In this document: positions 38,519 to 48,088 of the stretch, in pieces
How the letters are laid out: every line of letters starts with the position of its first letter
Numbering within the stretch: position 1 is the first letter of the stretch
From: an uncultured Chloroflexia bacterium
Lineage (GTDB): Bacteria > Chloroflexota > Limnocylindria > Limnocylindrales > CSP1-4
DNA: 64,000 nt
Assembly (NCBI GenBank): GCA_963744115.1
Contig: CAVUSI010000002.1
Coordinates: forward strand, 79,575-143,574
Direction of reading: 5' to 3'
Made by a program: the position numbers and the translations under genes
Notes under the pieces: generated by a model
Databases searched by the model: none
Told to the model about the DNA's origin: nothing
The model's input: only the letters and a program-made list of their open reading frames with translations

Positions 38519-39520
38519 GTGCGCTACGCTCCGGCGATGACCGTCGAGGATCGCCTGTCGCCGAGCGCCGAGGTCCGCGCCGCCCTGGCCGCCGGTCGGC
38601 CGGTCGTGGCGCTCGAATCGACGCTGATCAGCCACGGGCTGCCGTATCCCCAGAACGAGGCAGTGGCACGGGCGTCGGAGGCCGCCGTCCGGGAGTCCGG
38701 TGCCGTTCCCGCGACCGTCGCCATCCGCGACGGCCGCCTGCTCGTCGGCCTGGACGGACCCGATCTCGAGGCGCTGGCGACGGCGCCGGCCGGCTCGGTC
38801 CTGAAGGCCGCCCGGCCGAACCTCGCGGTGGCGCTGGGTCGCCCCGGCTGGGCCGCGACGACCGTGTCGGCGACCATGATCGCCGCCGCAGCCGCCGGGA
38901 TCCGGGTCTTCGCCACCGGCGGGATCGGCGGCGTCCATCGTGGCGCGCTTGGCGGCGTGGGCGGCCCGGGTGATGCCGGCGCTGCCGGCGCGCCGGGCCG
39001 GCTTGCCTCGCTTGACATCTCGTCTGACCTCGACGAGCTGGCCCGCACACGGGTCGCGGTCGTGTGCGCCGGTCCGAAGGCGATCCTCGACCTGCCACTG
39101 ACCCTCGAGTATCTCGAGACGCGCGGCGTCCCGGTCGTCGTGGTCGGACAGGATGAGATGCCTGGCTTCTATTCCCGCGCGAGCGGGGTCCGGGCGCCGA
39201 CCAGCGTCCCTGACGAGGCCGCCGCCGCGCGCCTCGTAGCAGATCACCTCCAGCTCGACCTGGGCTCCGGCATCCTCGTCTGCGTCCCGGTCCCGGTTGG
39301 CGCTGCGATGACCCTCGAGGCGGCCCGGTCAGCGGTCGATGCGGCCGTCGCCGAGGCGGACGACAACGGCCTCCACGGCCCCGCCCTCACACCCTGGCTG
39401 CTTGCCCGGATCGCGGAGCTGACCGGTGGAGCGAGTCTTCGCGCCAATACCGCGTTGATCGAGAACGACGCCCGGGTCGCCGGTCGACTCGCGGTCGCGC
39501 TCGCGAAGGCGGCCGGCTGA
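38519..39520 (+). CDS. psuG: pseudouridine-5'-phosphate glycosidase
   Basis: VALESTLISHGLPYPQN and ...VFATGGIGGVHRGA...VVCAGPKAILD match the PsuG (indigoidine synthase A-like) family. The start could instead be ATG 38537. Confidence 0.8.
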   Translation: MRYAPAMTVEDRLSPSAEVRAALAAGRPVVALESTLISHGLPYPQNEAVARASEAAVRESGAVPATVAIRDGRLLVGLDGPDLEALATAPAGSVLKAARPNLAVALGRPGWAATTVSATMIAAAAAGIRVFATGGIGGVHRGALGGVGGPGDAGAAGAPGRLASLDISSDLDELARTRVAVVCAGPKAILDLPLTLEYLETRGVPVVVVGQDEMPGFYSRASGVRAPTSVPDEAAAARLVADHLQLDLGSGILVCVPVPVGAAMTLEAARSAVDAAVAEADDNGLHGPALTPWLLARIAELTGGASLRANTALIENDARVAGRLAVALAKAAG

Positions 39521-39708
39521 CCATCGAGCCGGTACGGCAAGGCGCGGATGCCGTCTCCCTGGACCCTGACGCGCGGGCGCCATGACGGCGACTTCTGCCG
39601 TACGGTGTTCGATGGGTATCTGCCATCGGTATGACCGGAGGCTTCTCCGGGGGCGCTCGTGGTGGTAGACTCCGCGTCCCCGAACCGCGTGTTCCGCCCG
39701 GGAGTCCC

Positions 39709-40812
39709 ATGTCCGCTCCGATCATGGCGCCCGCGATCGATGCCCGCGGCATCCGTCGCGTCTACAGCGCCAAGCCCGAGCCGATCACCGCGCTCGACGG
39801 CATCGACCTCGAGGTCAGGCCGGGCGAGTTCTTCGGCCTGCTCGGACCGAACGGCGCCGGCAAGACGACGCTGATCAAGATCCTCACCACGCTCCTCCTC
39901 CCGAGCGCCGGGACCGCGCACGTGTTCGGCTTCGACATCGAGAACGAGACGAAGAAGATCCGTCGGATCATGAACATGGTGTCGGGCGGGGAGCAGTCGG
40001 GCTACGGGATCCTGACGGTCCGGGAGCAGCTCTGGATGTTCGGCCAGTTCTATGGCCTGGGCACGCGTGAGGCGTGGGCCCGGGTCGACGAGCTGATCGA
40101 GGCGGTCGGTCTCGGCGAGCAGCGCCTCCAGCGGGTCAGCGCCCTGTCGACGGGACAACGACAGAAGATGAACTTCGCCCGCGGGCTGCTCAACGACCCG
40201 TGGATCCTGTTCCTCGACGAACCGACGCTGGGCCTCGACGTCGCGGCCGCACGCCAGGTTCGCGAGCTGGTCACCGGCTGGCAGGCGTCCGTCCCCGGGC
40301 GGACCGTCCTGCTGACCACGCACTACATGGCCGAGGCCGACGAGCTGTGCGAGCGGATCGCGATCGTCGACCGGGGCCGGGTCCTGGCCATCGGCAGCCC
40401 GGCCGAGCTCAAGCAACGGGTGCAGCGCGAATCGATCTTCCGGATCGAGCTCGACCGGCTCGACGGGGGCACCGGCGCCCTCGCCCGGGTCCCGGGTGTC
40501 GTCAGCGCGACCGCCGCCGCGACGGACGGGGCCGCGCCAGGCGGTCGTCAGAGCGTCGAGGTGAACCTCGTCCTCGAGGACGACGGCGCGCTGGGTGGCG
40601 TCGTCGGTGCGCTGGCGTCGCTGGGCGCCCGCATCCTCGCCCTGCGCAAGTCGGAGCCGACCCTCGAGGAGGTCTTCGTCGAGCTGGTCGGGCGCGGGTT
40701 CGATGACGAGGAGGCCGACGGCCGCGGTCGTGGTCGCGGCCGCTCCGGCGGGTCGAACGGTCGGAGCCGTCCGCACGAACCGGGCGAGCCGGACCCGGGA
40801 GAGCTGGAGTGA
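39709..40812 (+). CDS. ABC transporter ATP-binding protein (ABC-2 exporter type)
   Basis: ATG at 39709. Walker A GPNGAGKTT, signature LSTGQRQKM, Walker B ILFLDEPT. Low-complexity Gly/Arg-rich C-terminal tail. Confidence 0.8.
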   Translation: MSAPIMAPAIDARGIRRVYSAKPEPITALDGIDLEVRPGEFFGLLGPNGAGKTTLIKILTTLLLPSAGTAHVFGFDIENETKKIRRIMNMVSGGEQSGYGILTVREQLWMFGQFYGLGTREAWARVDELIEAVGLGEQRLQRVSALSTGQRQKMNFARGLLNDPWILFLDEPTLGLDVAAARQVRELVTGWQASVPGRTVLLTTHYMAEADELCERIAIVDRGRVLAIGSPAELKQRVQRESIFRIELDRLDGGTGALARVPGVVSATAAATDGAAPGGRQSVEVNLVLEDDGALGGVVGALASLGARILALRKSEPTLEEVFVELVGRGFDDEEADGRGRGRGRSGGSNGRSRPHEPGEPDPGELE

Positions 40813-41693
40813 GCGCCGGGCGGTGGGTCGGGCAGCCGTCGACCGACCCGCGGTCGGCGGCCGATTGGAGTCGTCGGCGGATCGTCACCAACAACCTGCG
40901 AAGCGTGCTCGGACGGGCCTATCCGCGGACCCGAGGCCTGGCCCGCGAGCGTTCGTGGATCCTGTTCGAGATCCTTCTCCCGTTCCTGACGACGTCCGCC
41001 TTCGTGTTCGTCTATCGCGCGCTCAAGGCGCCCCCGGAGTACATCGGGTTCGCCGTCCTCGGTGGGGCGATGGCGGCCTTCTGGCTCAACGTCGTCTGGA
41101 TGATGGCCGCCCAGCTCTACTGGGAGCGGGACCAGGGCAACCTCGAGCTCTATTTCGCCGCGCCGATGAGCTTCATGAGCGTCCTGTTCGGGATGGCCCT
41201 CGGTGGGATGGTGATGAGCTCGACCCGGGCTGCGGCGGTCCTGATCATCGCGACCCTCGTCTACGGCGTCGTCTTCTCGGTCGAGCAATGGGGCCTGCTG
41301 CTGGCCGTCTTCTTCCTCACCCTGTCGGCGATGTACGCCCTGGGGATGGTCCTTGCCAGCCTGTTCCTCGCCTGGGGCCGGGAAGCATGGCACCTGAGCC
41401 AGCTCATGGAGGAGCCGGTCTACTTCGTGTCGGGGTTGAGCTTCCCGGTCGCTGCCCTCGGGCGGCTCGGGGTCCTGGCGGTCGCCACCATCCCCCTGGC
41501 GACCGGGCTCGATGCGATGCGCCAGCTCGTCTTCGCCGGGCAGGGGACCACCGAGTCGATCCTGACGCCGGCGGCCGAGGCCGGGTTGCTCGTCGTGATG
41601 ACCGCGTTCTTCCTGGTCGTCGCCCGGTTCGCCCTGAGCAACCTTGAACAGCGTGCCAGGCGCGAGGGCCGCCTGACGATGCGCTGGCGATGA
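40809..41693 (+). CDS. ABC-2 family transporter permease
   Basis: 6 TM. Start overlaps the ATPase stop (GTGA). Confidence 0.7.
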   Translation: MSAGRWVGQPSTDPRSAADWSRRRIVTNNLRSVLGRAYPRTRGLARERSWILFEILLPFLTTSAFVFVYRALKAPPEYIGFAVLGGAMAAFWLNVVWMMAAQLYWERDQGNLELYFAAPMSFMSVLFGMALGGMVMSSTRAAAVLIIATLVYGVVFSVEQWGLLLAVFFLTLSAMYALGMVLASLFLAWGREAWHLSQLMEEPVYFVSGLSFPVAALGRLGVLAVATIPLATGLDAMRQLVFAGQGTTESILTPAAEAGLLVVMTAFFLVVARFALSNLEQRARREGRLTMRWR

Positions 41694-42622
41694 CCGCTCC
41701 CGCCGTCCCGATCCTGTTCGACCCCCGCCGGACCGACGGTCGCGGCTCGAGCGACCGTCTGCGCAGCTTCCGAACGGCCGCGACCCTGGGCTGGAAGATG
41801 GAGGCGAACTGGACGGACCCGGTCCTGTTCTTCACCTACTCGGTGGCCAAGCCGGTGAGCTCCGCGCTCATCCTGGTCGCGATGCTCCAGGTGATCGCCG
41901 GGGCATCGAGCCAGCAATACCGGAGCTTCGTCGTCGTCGGCAGCGCGCTCTGGTCGTTCGTCATCTCGGGCATCGCCGGGCTTGCCTGGTCGGTCCTCGA
42001 CGACCGTGAGCGCTACCGGATGCTCAAGTACGTCTACGTCAGCCCGAGCGACTTCCTGGTCGTCCTGCTCGGTCGCGGGACCGCCCGGATCGGTGTCGGG
42101 GCGATGGGCGCCGTGATCACCCTGGCGGTCGGCGTCCTGCTGCTCGGCGTCCCGTTCGACCTCGCCCTCGTCGACTGGGGGCTCCTGGTCGTGGTCACCG
42201 TCGTCGGCCTCGGCTCGATCATCGCGATCGGCGTCCTCATGGCCGCCGTCTGCCTCCAGACCCGCCAGGATTCGTGGCACTACCCGGAGGCCGTGGCCGG
42301 CGGGTTGTTCCTGATCTCCGGCGCGGTCTTCCCGCTCTCCGCGCTGCCGCCGGCGATCCAGGCCGTCGGCCTGCTGAACCCCTTGACCTGGTGGATGGAG
42401 GGGACGCGCCTGGCCCTCTTCCCGACCGGGACGAGCGCGATCGGCGGCAGCGGGTCGCTCTATACGGACCTGACCGGAAGCCTCGCACCGGACGGCCCGA
42501 CCATCGTGGTCGCCTTGCTCGTGACCGGGGCCGTCGTTACACTCGTTTCAGCCGTCGTCTTCCGCTGGAGCGAGCATCGAGCGAAGGATCGCGGGCTCAT
42601 CGACCAGACGACCGGATCCTGA
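41690..42622 (+). CDS. ABC-2 family transporter permease (second subunit)
   Basis: 6 TM. Start overlaps the stop of the preceding permease. Confidence 0.7.
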   Translation: MTAPAVPILFDPRRTDGRGSSDRLRSFRTAATLGWKMEANWTDPVLFFTYSVAKPVSSALILVAMLQVIAGASSQQYRSFVVVGSALWSFVISGIAGLAWSVLDDRERYRMLKYVYVSPSDFLVVLLGRGTARIGVGAMGAVITLAVGVLLLGVPFDLALVDWGLLVVVTVVGLGSIIAIGVLMAAVCLQTRQDSWHYPEAVAGGLFLISGAVFPLSALPPAIQAVGLLNPLTWWMEGTRLALFPTGTSAIGGSGSLYTDLTGSLAPDGPTIVVALLVTGAVVTLVSAVVFRWSEHRAKDRGLIDQTTGS

Positions 42623-42669
42623 GCGGAGGTCCGCTCGGTGTCGGGCGGCGCGAACAGGAGGTCGGACCC

Positions 42670-43200
42670 GTGCGGATCTATGAGGGCTCCCCGCGCCAGG
42701 ACTTCGAGGAGGTCTTCCGCTCGATCGGGGCATTCCTCGACCAGCGCGCGATGAAGGAGGTCCTGCTGGCCGAGGCGCCGGACGGGTTCATCGTCCAGGG
42801 GCTGGTCTCGAGCGGCGTCGACGCAGGTGCCTGGTCCGAGTCGATGGGGACGCAGACGAAGGAGACCCTGACCTTCCTGGACGACGACATCGCCAGGTTC
42901 ATGGACGAGGCACTCGCCCGCCGCAACCATGCCGTCGCCGACGACTGGGCCAAGGCGGGCTACTATGAGAAGGCGTTCCGGGTCCTCGGGCGATACATGG
43001 ACGAGCAGAAGCCGCGGGACACCTTCTTCTTCGAGCAGGACGGTGCGTTCGTCGTCCGCCTGCTGATGGCCAGCCCCACGGGCAGCCGGCACGTCCTGTC
43101 GGAGTTCACCCGCGAGGACATCGACGCGATGATCGCCCAGGGGCCGGCCCTGCGCGACACGAAGGCCCGGCCGGGGCAAGCCGCACCGGCCGAGAAGTAA
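42670..43200 (+). CDS. hypothetical soluble protein, 176 aa
   Basis: GTG at 42670 preceded by AGGAGG. No recognisable motif. Tail of the 308-aa track ORF. Confidence 0.45.
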   Translation: MRIYEGSPRQDFEEVFRSIGAFLDQRAMKEVLLAEAPDGFIVQGLVSSGVDAGAWSESMGTQTKETLTFLDDDIARFMDEALARRNHAVADDWAKAGYYEKAFRVLGRYMDEQKPRDTFFFEQDGAFVVRLLMASPTGSRHVLSEFTREDIDAMIAQGPALRDTKARPGQAAPAEK

Positions 43201-43240
43201 CCGCTGCGCGGGACCCCGCGTGACCGAACGGAGGAATCCG

Positions 43241-43396
43241 ATGAAGGCCCTGAAGACCGTCGCCGTCGCCCTGGGTGTCACGCTCGGAGCGCTGATCGTC
43301 ATCCCGCTGGTCGTCCTGGCCGGCCTGTTCGTCTGGCTCAAGGTGACCGAGGAGAGCGACGAGGAGGCCCTCGAGCTCGACCAGGAAGGCATCTGA
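43241..43396 (+). CDS. 51-aa single-TM microprotein with an acidic C-terminus
   Basis: ATG at 43241 preceded by GGAGGAATCCG. MKALKTVAVALGVTLGALIVIPLVVLAGLFVWLKVTEESDEEALELDQEGI. Below the ORF-track cutoff, found by hand. Confidence 0.45.
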   Translation: MKALKTVAVALGVTLGALIVIPLVVLAGLFVWLKVTEESDEEALELDQEGI

Positions 43397-43568
43397 CCCG
43401 AGCCGGCGGCCCGACCCGGGCCGCCGCTTGACCGCCGCCGGGGCTCCGACCCCGCTGACGCCCGACGCGATCGCCGCGCCGGGCGTCTCGACGTCCTGGT
43501 CGACCGCCACGGGAGCGGATGCGGCGCGGCCCGCTGTCGCTCGGGCCCTGGCCGCTCGGCCCGGGTCC

Positions 43569-44486
43569 ATGGCCCCGGCCGGGACGCCCTCCGAGCGCCG
43601 GCTGGCCGAGATCTCGGCCGTCGGCGTGATGGCCATCTGGGCCGGCAACTTCATCGTCGTCAAGGCGTCGATCCCGATCCTGACCCCGGTCGGGTTCGCG
43701 TTCCTGCGGTTCCTCGTCGCAGGACTGGTCCTGCTCGTCCTGTGCCGCTGGTGGGAGGGCTCGATCGGCATCCCCCGACGCGACCTGGGGCGGATCGCAC
43801 TGCTCGGGTTCGTCGGGTTCGGCGCCTACCAGATGCTGTGGACCACCGCCCTGTCGTCGACCAGCGTCGGCAACTCGGCCCTCCTCATCGCGGCGACACC
43901 GATCTTCACGATGCTCATCTCCGCGGCGATCGGGACGGACCGGCTGGGTCGGACCCGGGCGATCGGCGCCTGCATCTCGTTCGGCGGCGTGGCGATCGTC
44001 GCGGCGACCCACGGTGCCAGCTTCGACCGGGCGGCGCTCGGGGACGTCCTGACGATCGGCGCGGCGATCTGCTGGGCGATCTACGTCAGCTTCGGAGCCG
44101 CGGTCCTGCGCCGGCACTCGCCGCTCCGGACCTCGGCCTGGGCGATCCTCGCCGGGACCGCGCTGCTGGTCCCGGCCGCCGCCTGGGAGATGGCCCACGC
44201 GGATCTCGCCGCGGTCGGGCCTGCCCAGGTCGCGGCCGTCGCCTATTCCGCCCTCCTGGCCGGCGCGCTGGGCAACGTCGTGGTCTTCCGCGGGATCAAG
44301 ATGCTCGGCCCGACCAGGATCACCAACCTGCAGTTCCTGCCACCCGCCCTGGCGATCGTCATGGCGGCGGTCTTCCTCGGCGAGCCGATCCTGCCGACGC
44401 AGGTGGTCGGCGGGATCGTGATCGTCCTGGGCGTGGTCATCGCCCGACGCGACCGGGGCTCGCGACCCTCCGTCGAGGCGAGCTGA
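43569..44486 (+). CDS. EamA/DMT-superfamily transporter
   Basis: About 305 aa, 10 TM. Two EamA repeats (IWAGNFIVVK... and ...YSALLAGALGNVVVFRGI). Confidence 0.65.
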   Translation: MAPAGTPSERRLAEISAVGVMAIWAGNFIVVKASIPILTPVGFAFLRFLVAGLVLLVLCRWWEGSIGIPRRDLGRIALLGFVGFGAYQMLWTTALSSTSVGNSALLIAATPIFTMLISAAIGTDRLGRTRAIGACISFGGVAIVAATHGASFDRAALGDVLTIGAAICWAIYVSFGAAVLRRHSPLRTSAWAILAGTALLVPAAAWEMAHADLAAVGPAQVAAVAYSALLAGALGNVVVFRGIKMLGPTRITNLQFLPPALAIVMAAVFLGEPILPTQVVGGIVIVLGVVIARRDRGSRPSVEAS

Positions 44487-45331
44487 TGGCCGCGCGGTCG
44501 CGCTCCGGGCGGGGCGACGGGGCGGATGCGGGCGGCGGCACGGCAGCGCCGGTCGAGCCGCTGCCCGACGGGGCCGTGCCGCTCGCGATCCTGGTCGACT
44601 ACGACGGCACCATCGCCCTCACCGACGTCTCGGACACGATCATGGCCGAGCACGCGCTGGACGCCGGCGAGCAGATGGCCGCCCAGTACGACGAAGGTCT
44701 CATCGGCTCGCGCCGGTTCTGGGACTGGCAGACCGACCAGATCCGGGCCGAAGCCGGCGACCTGCTGGCGACGGCGGCGCGACAGCCGCACGACCCGGGT
44801 TTCGTCCCGTTCGTCCGTCGCGCCCAGGCGGCCGGCATCCCGGTCGAGGTCGTCAGCGACGGGCTCGGGTTCTTCATCGCGCCGGCGATGGAGCGGCTCG
44901 GCCTGCCGGAGGTCCCGATCGTGACCGCTCGCACGACCTTCGCCGACGGACGGGCGACCATCGCCTACCCCAACGGCCACCCGACCTGCCGGGTCTGTGG
45001 GACGTGCAAGCGCCAACGGGTCCAGGCGCACCAGGCGGCCGGCCGGGCGGTCGTCTTCATCGGCGACGGCGAGAGCGATCGCTACGCGGCCGGCTACGCC
45101 GACGTCGTCTTCGCCAAGCGGCTCCTCGTCCCGATCTGCCTCGCCAACGGCTGGCCGTTCGAACCATGGACCGAGTTCGCCGAGGTCCACGCCTGGCTGG
45201 ACGCCACCCTCGCCGCCTGGCGGCGAGACCCGACGGCCTCGCCACTGCCACGTCCCTCCGGGCACCCGTTCTTCTGCGGCCCGGAGGTCTGGGGCGACGG
45301 CCGGGAGGACCCCCCGGCGCCCGGCGGCTGA
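44486..45331 (+). CDS. HAD-IB family phosphatase (MtnX-like) with C-terminal CxxCGxCK motif
   Basis: ATG overlapping the EamA stop (ATGA). HAD motif I LVDYDGTI. Motif IV GDGESDRYAA. CRVCGTCKRQ cysteine cluster. Confidence 0.6.
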   Translation: MAARSRSGRGDGADAGGGTAAPVEPLPDGAVPLAILVDYDGTIALTDVSDTIMAEHALDAGEQMAAQYDEGLIGSRRFWDWQTDQIRAEAGDLLATAARQPHDPGFVPFVRRAQAAGIPVEVVSDGLGFFIAPAMERLGLPEVPIVTARTTFADGRATIAYPNGHPTCRVCGTCKRQRVQAHQAAGRAVVFIGDGESDRYAAGYADVVFAKRLLVPICLANGWPFEPWTEFAEVHAWLDATLAAWRRDPTASPLPRPSGHPFFCGPEVWGDGREDPPAPGG

Positions 45332-45356
45332 CCCACCGGCCACCGGGTCGGTTCGG

Positions 45357-45857
45357 TCACTCCCCGATCAGCTGGAGATGCACCCGGCGATCGCGCGGGC
45401 GAACCCCGTCGAAGTCGACGAAGTAGATCCGCCCGAAGTCGCCGAGCTCCATCCGGCCGTCGACGACGGGGATCGTCTCGGAGCGGCCGACCAGGGCCGA
45501 GCGGACGTGGGCGTCCGTGTTCAGGCTCCAGACCGCCTCCTCGTGGAGGTTCTCGACGGCGTGCTTGATGTGCAGCTTCCCGGGATGGAGGTACTGCCCC
45601 TCGTGGCGGCAGGTCGGGACGAGGATCTCCAGGCGATCGAGCATGTCCTGGAGGAGGTGCTCGGTCCCGTCGTACAGACGGTCGTGCGATTCCTCCTGGA
45701 TGATGACGCTGCACGTCGTGTGCGGCGAGTAGACCGTGATCGTTCCCATCCGGATCCCGGAGCGCCGGACCGCCTCCACGGCCTGGGCGGTCACGTCGTG
45801 GAACATCGGCTTGTGGAGCGGGCTGCTGACGTCGACGATCTCGTGGTAGACGGTCAT
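45357..45857 (-). CDS. YjbQ/UPF0047 family protein (secondary thiamine-phosphate synthase-like)
   Basis: ATG at 45857. MTVYHEIVDVSS...GMELGDFGRIYFVDFDG is typical of the YjbQ family. 166 aa. Confidence 0.65.
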   Translation of the reverse strand: MTVYHEIVDVSSPLHKPMFHDVTAQAVEAVRRSGIRMGTITVYSPHTTCSVIIQEESHDRLYDGTEHLLQDMLDRLEILVPTCRHEGQYLHPGKLHIKHAVENLHEEAVWSLNTDAHVRSALVGRSETIPVVDGRMELGDFGRIYFVDFDGVRPRDRRVHLQLIGE

Positions 45858-45927
45858 CTGATCGATCCTTTCCGTTGATCCGTGGACGGGCGCCGGCGAC
45901 GGCGAGGCGCGGTCGTCCACCGCCCGC

Positions 45928-46662
45928 TCACGGGAGCTCGAGCGCCGCCGCTGTCGGGTGAGTCTTGAGCCAGGCGCGCTGCATCGCCCCGATCATCGCC
46001 TCCATCATGGCGATCGGGTCGTCCGCCTTGAGGATGCCGCTGGACGAGCCGGTGCCGCCGACTCCGAGGCCCATCATCGCCTCGACGTCGTCCGGGGTCT
46101 GGACGCCGGCAGCGGACATCACGATCACCCCCGGATCGATCCCTCGCACCATCTCGATCGTCCGCTCGACGAACCCGCGCATCTCGGTGGCGGCCGAGCG
46201 GCTCGTGGCGATCAGGTCGGGGGGCTCGGCCAGGACGATGTCCGGGCCGAAGAGCGCGACCGCGGCGGCCTCTTCCGGGGAGTCGGCATAGACCATCGTG
46301 AGGATGCCGAGCTCCCGAGCCCGCCCGACGGCGCGATGGATGTCGCTGAGGGTCATCCTCCGCTCGGAATGATTGAGCATCGCCCCGACGGCTCCGGCCT
46401 CCCGGATCGCCTCGGCGAGGACGCTCCCGACACCGCGGCCGGGAGCGACCGGATCCATGTGCTGGGCGAAGACGAGAAGATGCCGGGTCTCGCGGGCGAC
46501 GGCCGCGATGTCCACGGTCTGCGGATCGAAGACGATGCTGACCCCGAGCTCCTCGCCGATCCGATCCGCGGCCTTCGCGAGGCGCACGGCCTCCGGCCCC
46601 CAGGCGTAGGCCTTCAGGCCGATCTCGAAGACCGGCGGCCGGAGGCGGTGACGGCTGTCCAT
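45928..46662 (-). CDS. triosephosphate-isomerase-like (TIM family) protein, reading without an intervening stop from the AraA-like ORF upstream
   Basis: C-terminal 244 aa of the 550-aa track ORF. GAMLNHSERR (compare TIM GHSERR) plus TIM-barrel C-terminal pattern. A possible own start is Met 46662. Confidence 0.5.
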   Translation of the reverse strand: MDSRHRLRPPVFEIGLKAYAWGPEAVRLAKAADRIGEELGVSIVFDPQTVDIAAVARETRHLLVFAQHMDPVAPGRGVGSVLAEAIREAGAVGAMLNHSERRMTLSDIHRAVGRARELGILTMVYADSPEEAAAVALFGPDIVLAEPPDLIATSRSAATEMRGFVERTIEMVRGIDPGVIVMSAAGVQTPDDVEAMMGLGVGGTGSSSGILKADDPIAMMEAMIGAMQRAWLKTHPTAAALELP

Positions 46663-48053
46663 GCTCAGACCACCACCGCCTCGATGCCCGAGCATCTCGG
46701 CCAGGACGAGGAGTCGGTCGGACCAGCGACCCTGGGCGGCAGCCATGTGGTGGGGAGCGCCGGCCTGGCACCACTCGTTGCACCACTCGTCGATGGGCAG
46801 GCTGTCGTGGCGGAAGAGGGTCTGGGGTGCCGAGATGGGCCGGGGCGGGAACGGGATGAACTCGCCCTCGGAGATGACGAACCGCCACTGGTTCTCGCCC
46901 ATCGTCACGAGGGCGAGGTTGGTGACCGGCCCGGGCTGGTAGGCGAACTCGAAGCCGGCGCCGAAGCCGTGGACGCCCTGGTAGTAGATGGAGTGCTTGA
47001 CCTTGGCCGCGCCGGGCGTGGCCAGGGCAGGGTTGCCGTGGCCGTCGTGCGAGAACATCACGGCGTTGTTCTCGAAGTCGATGACGTAGTTCTCGACGGT
47101 CGTGGCCTGGCCCGCCAGCTCCTGCATGATCAGCTGGGCGACGGCGCAGTTCACGTCGCCTTCCGGAGACGCGGCGATCCCGAGCTCGCACAGTCGGCCG
47201 GTGCCGTACGAGGGGATGATGCCGACCCGTGGGTCGGTCAACCAGACCTGGTCGAAGGCGGTGAAGGCGTCGAAGCCGCGTTCCTTGACGACCGATTCGA
47301 GGGCAAGGGCCAGCCGCACCGACCGCTCGAACAGCTCGGGCTCCATCTCGACGGTGTACTTGGCCCGTTCGGTAGCGACGGTCGCGTCGACCTCGGCCTG
47401 GGGGATCTCGCCGAACCGGACCGCGATCTTCTCGGGCTCGAGCGGCCAGACGACCGGCCCGATGTCCTGACGCAGCGACAGCCCATCGAACATCAGGTCG
47501 GTCATCCCCTCGAACGGATGGCCGACGAGCGCGATCCGGGCGGTCCGCAAGCGCCGCCGGACGGCCGCAGCGGCGATCATATCGCCACCTTGCGCTGCCC
47601 TGCGGGATCGTCCAGTCGTGAGGTCACCATCGTGAAGTCGCGGCCCGTCCTGAGCAGGACCGCGGTCAGCTCGGGCATCCCGGCCATCCCTGAATTGAGC
47701 ATCACGACGTCGAACCCGTCGTCCTCGCCGAGCCGGCTGATCCGCTGGGCGTTCCAGACAAGCACGGGCGCCGTGGTGTCGATGAAGCAGCGGGCGGGAA
47801 CGACGCCCTTGGTGTAGGCCAGCTCCATCGCCACGATGATGTCGACGTCCTCGGCGTTGAACATGCGGGCCGCCTCGGCCGCCTGGTGCTCCTCCTCGAC
47901 CAGCCCGGCGTGGACGACGTCGCCGTACGCCGCCAGGAGGTCCGCGATCTCCTGGGCCGCCGCCGTCGCGGCCGGTCGCATGTGGGCGGTCTTGTTGTAG
48001 TCGTCCTCGAGCAGCGCCATGACCAGGACGCCGATCTTCGCCTTGACCTTCAC
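46663..48053 (-). pseudogene. L-arabinose/L-fucose isomerase family gene split in two overlapping ORFs (N-domain 47577..48053; middle plus C domains 46663..47580)
   Basis: ORF1 (158 aa) matches the AraA N-terminal domain and ends ...QRKVAI-stop. ORF2 begins at the overlapping ATGA with MIAAAAVRRRLRTARIALVGHPFEGMTD, which corresponds to the middle of AraA-family proteins (compare KVARFGDNM). ORF2 then continues in frame into the TIM-like protein. Confidence 0.5.
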
Positions 48054-48088
48054 CTTGGGCCTCCCTGAGCTACCTGGATGGGTTCATG

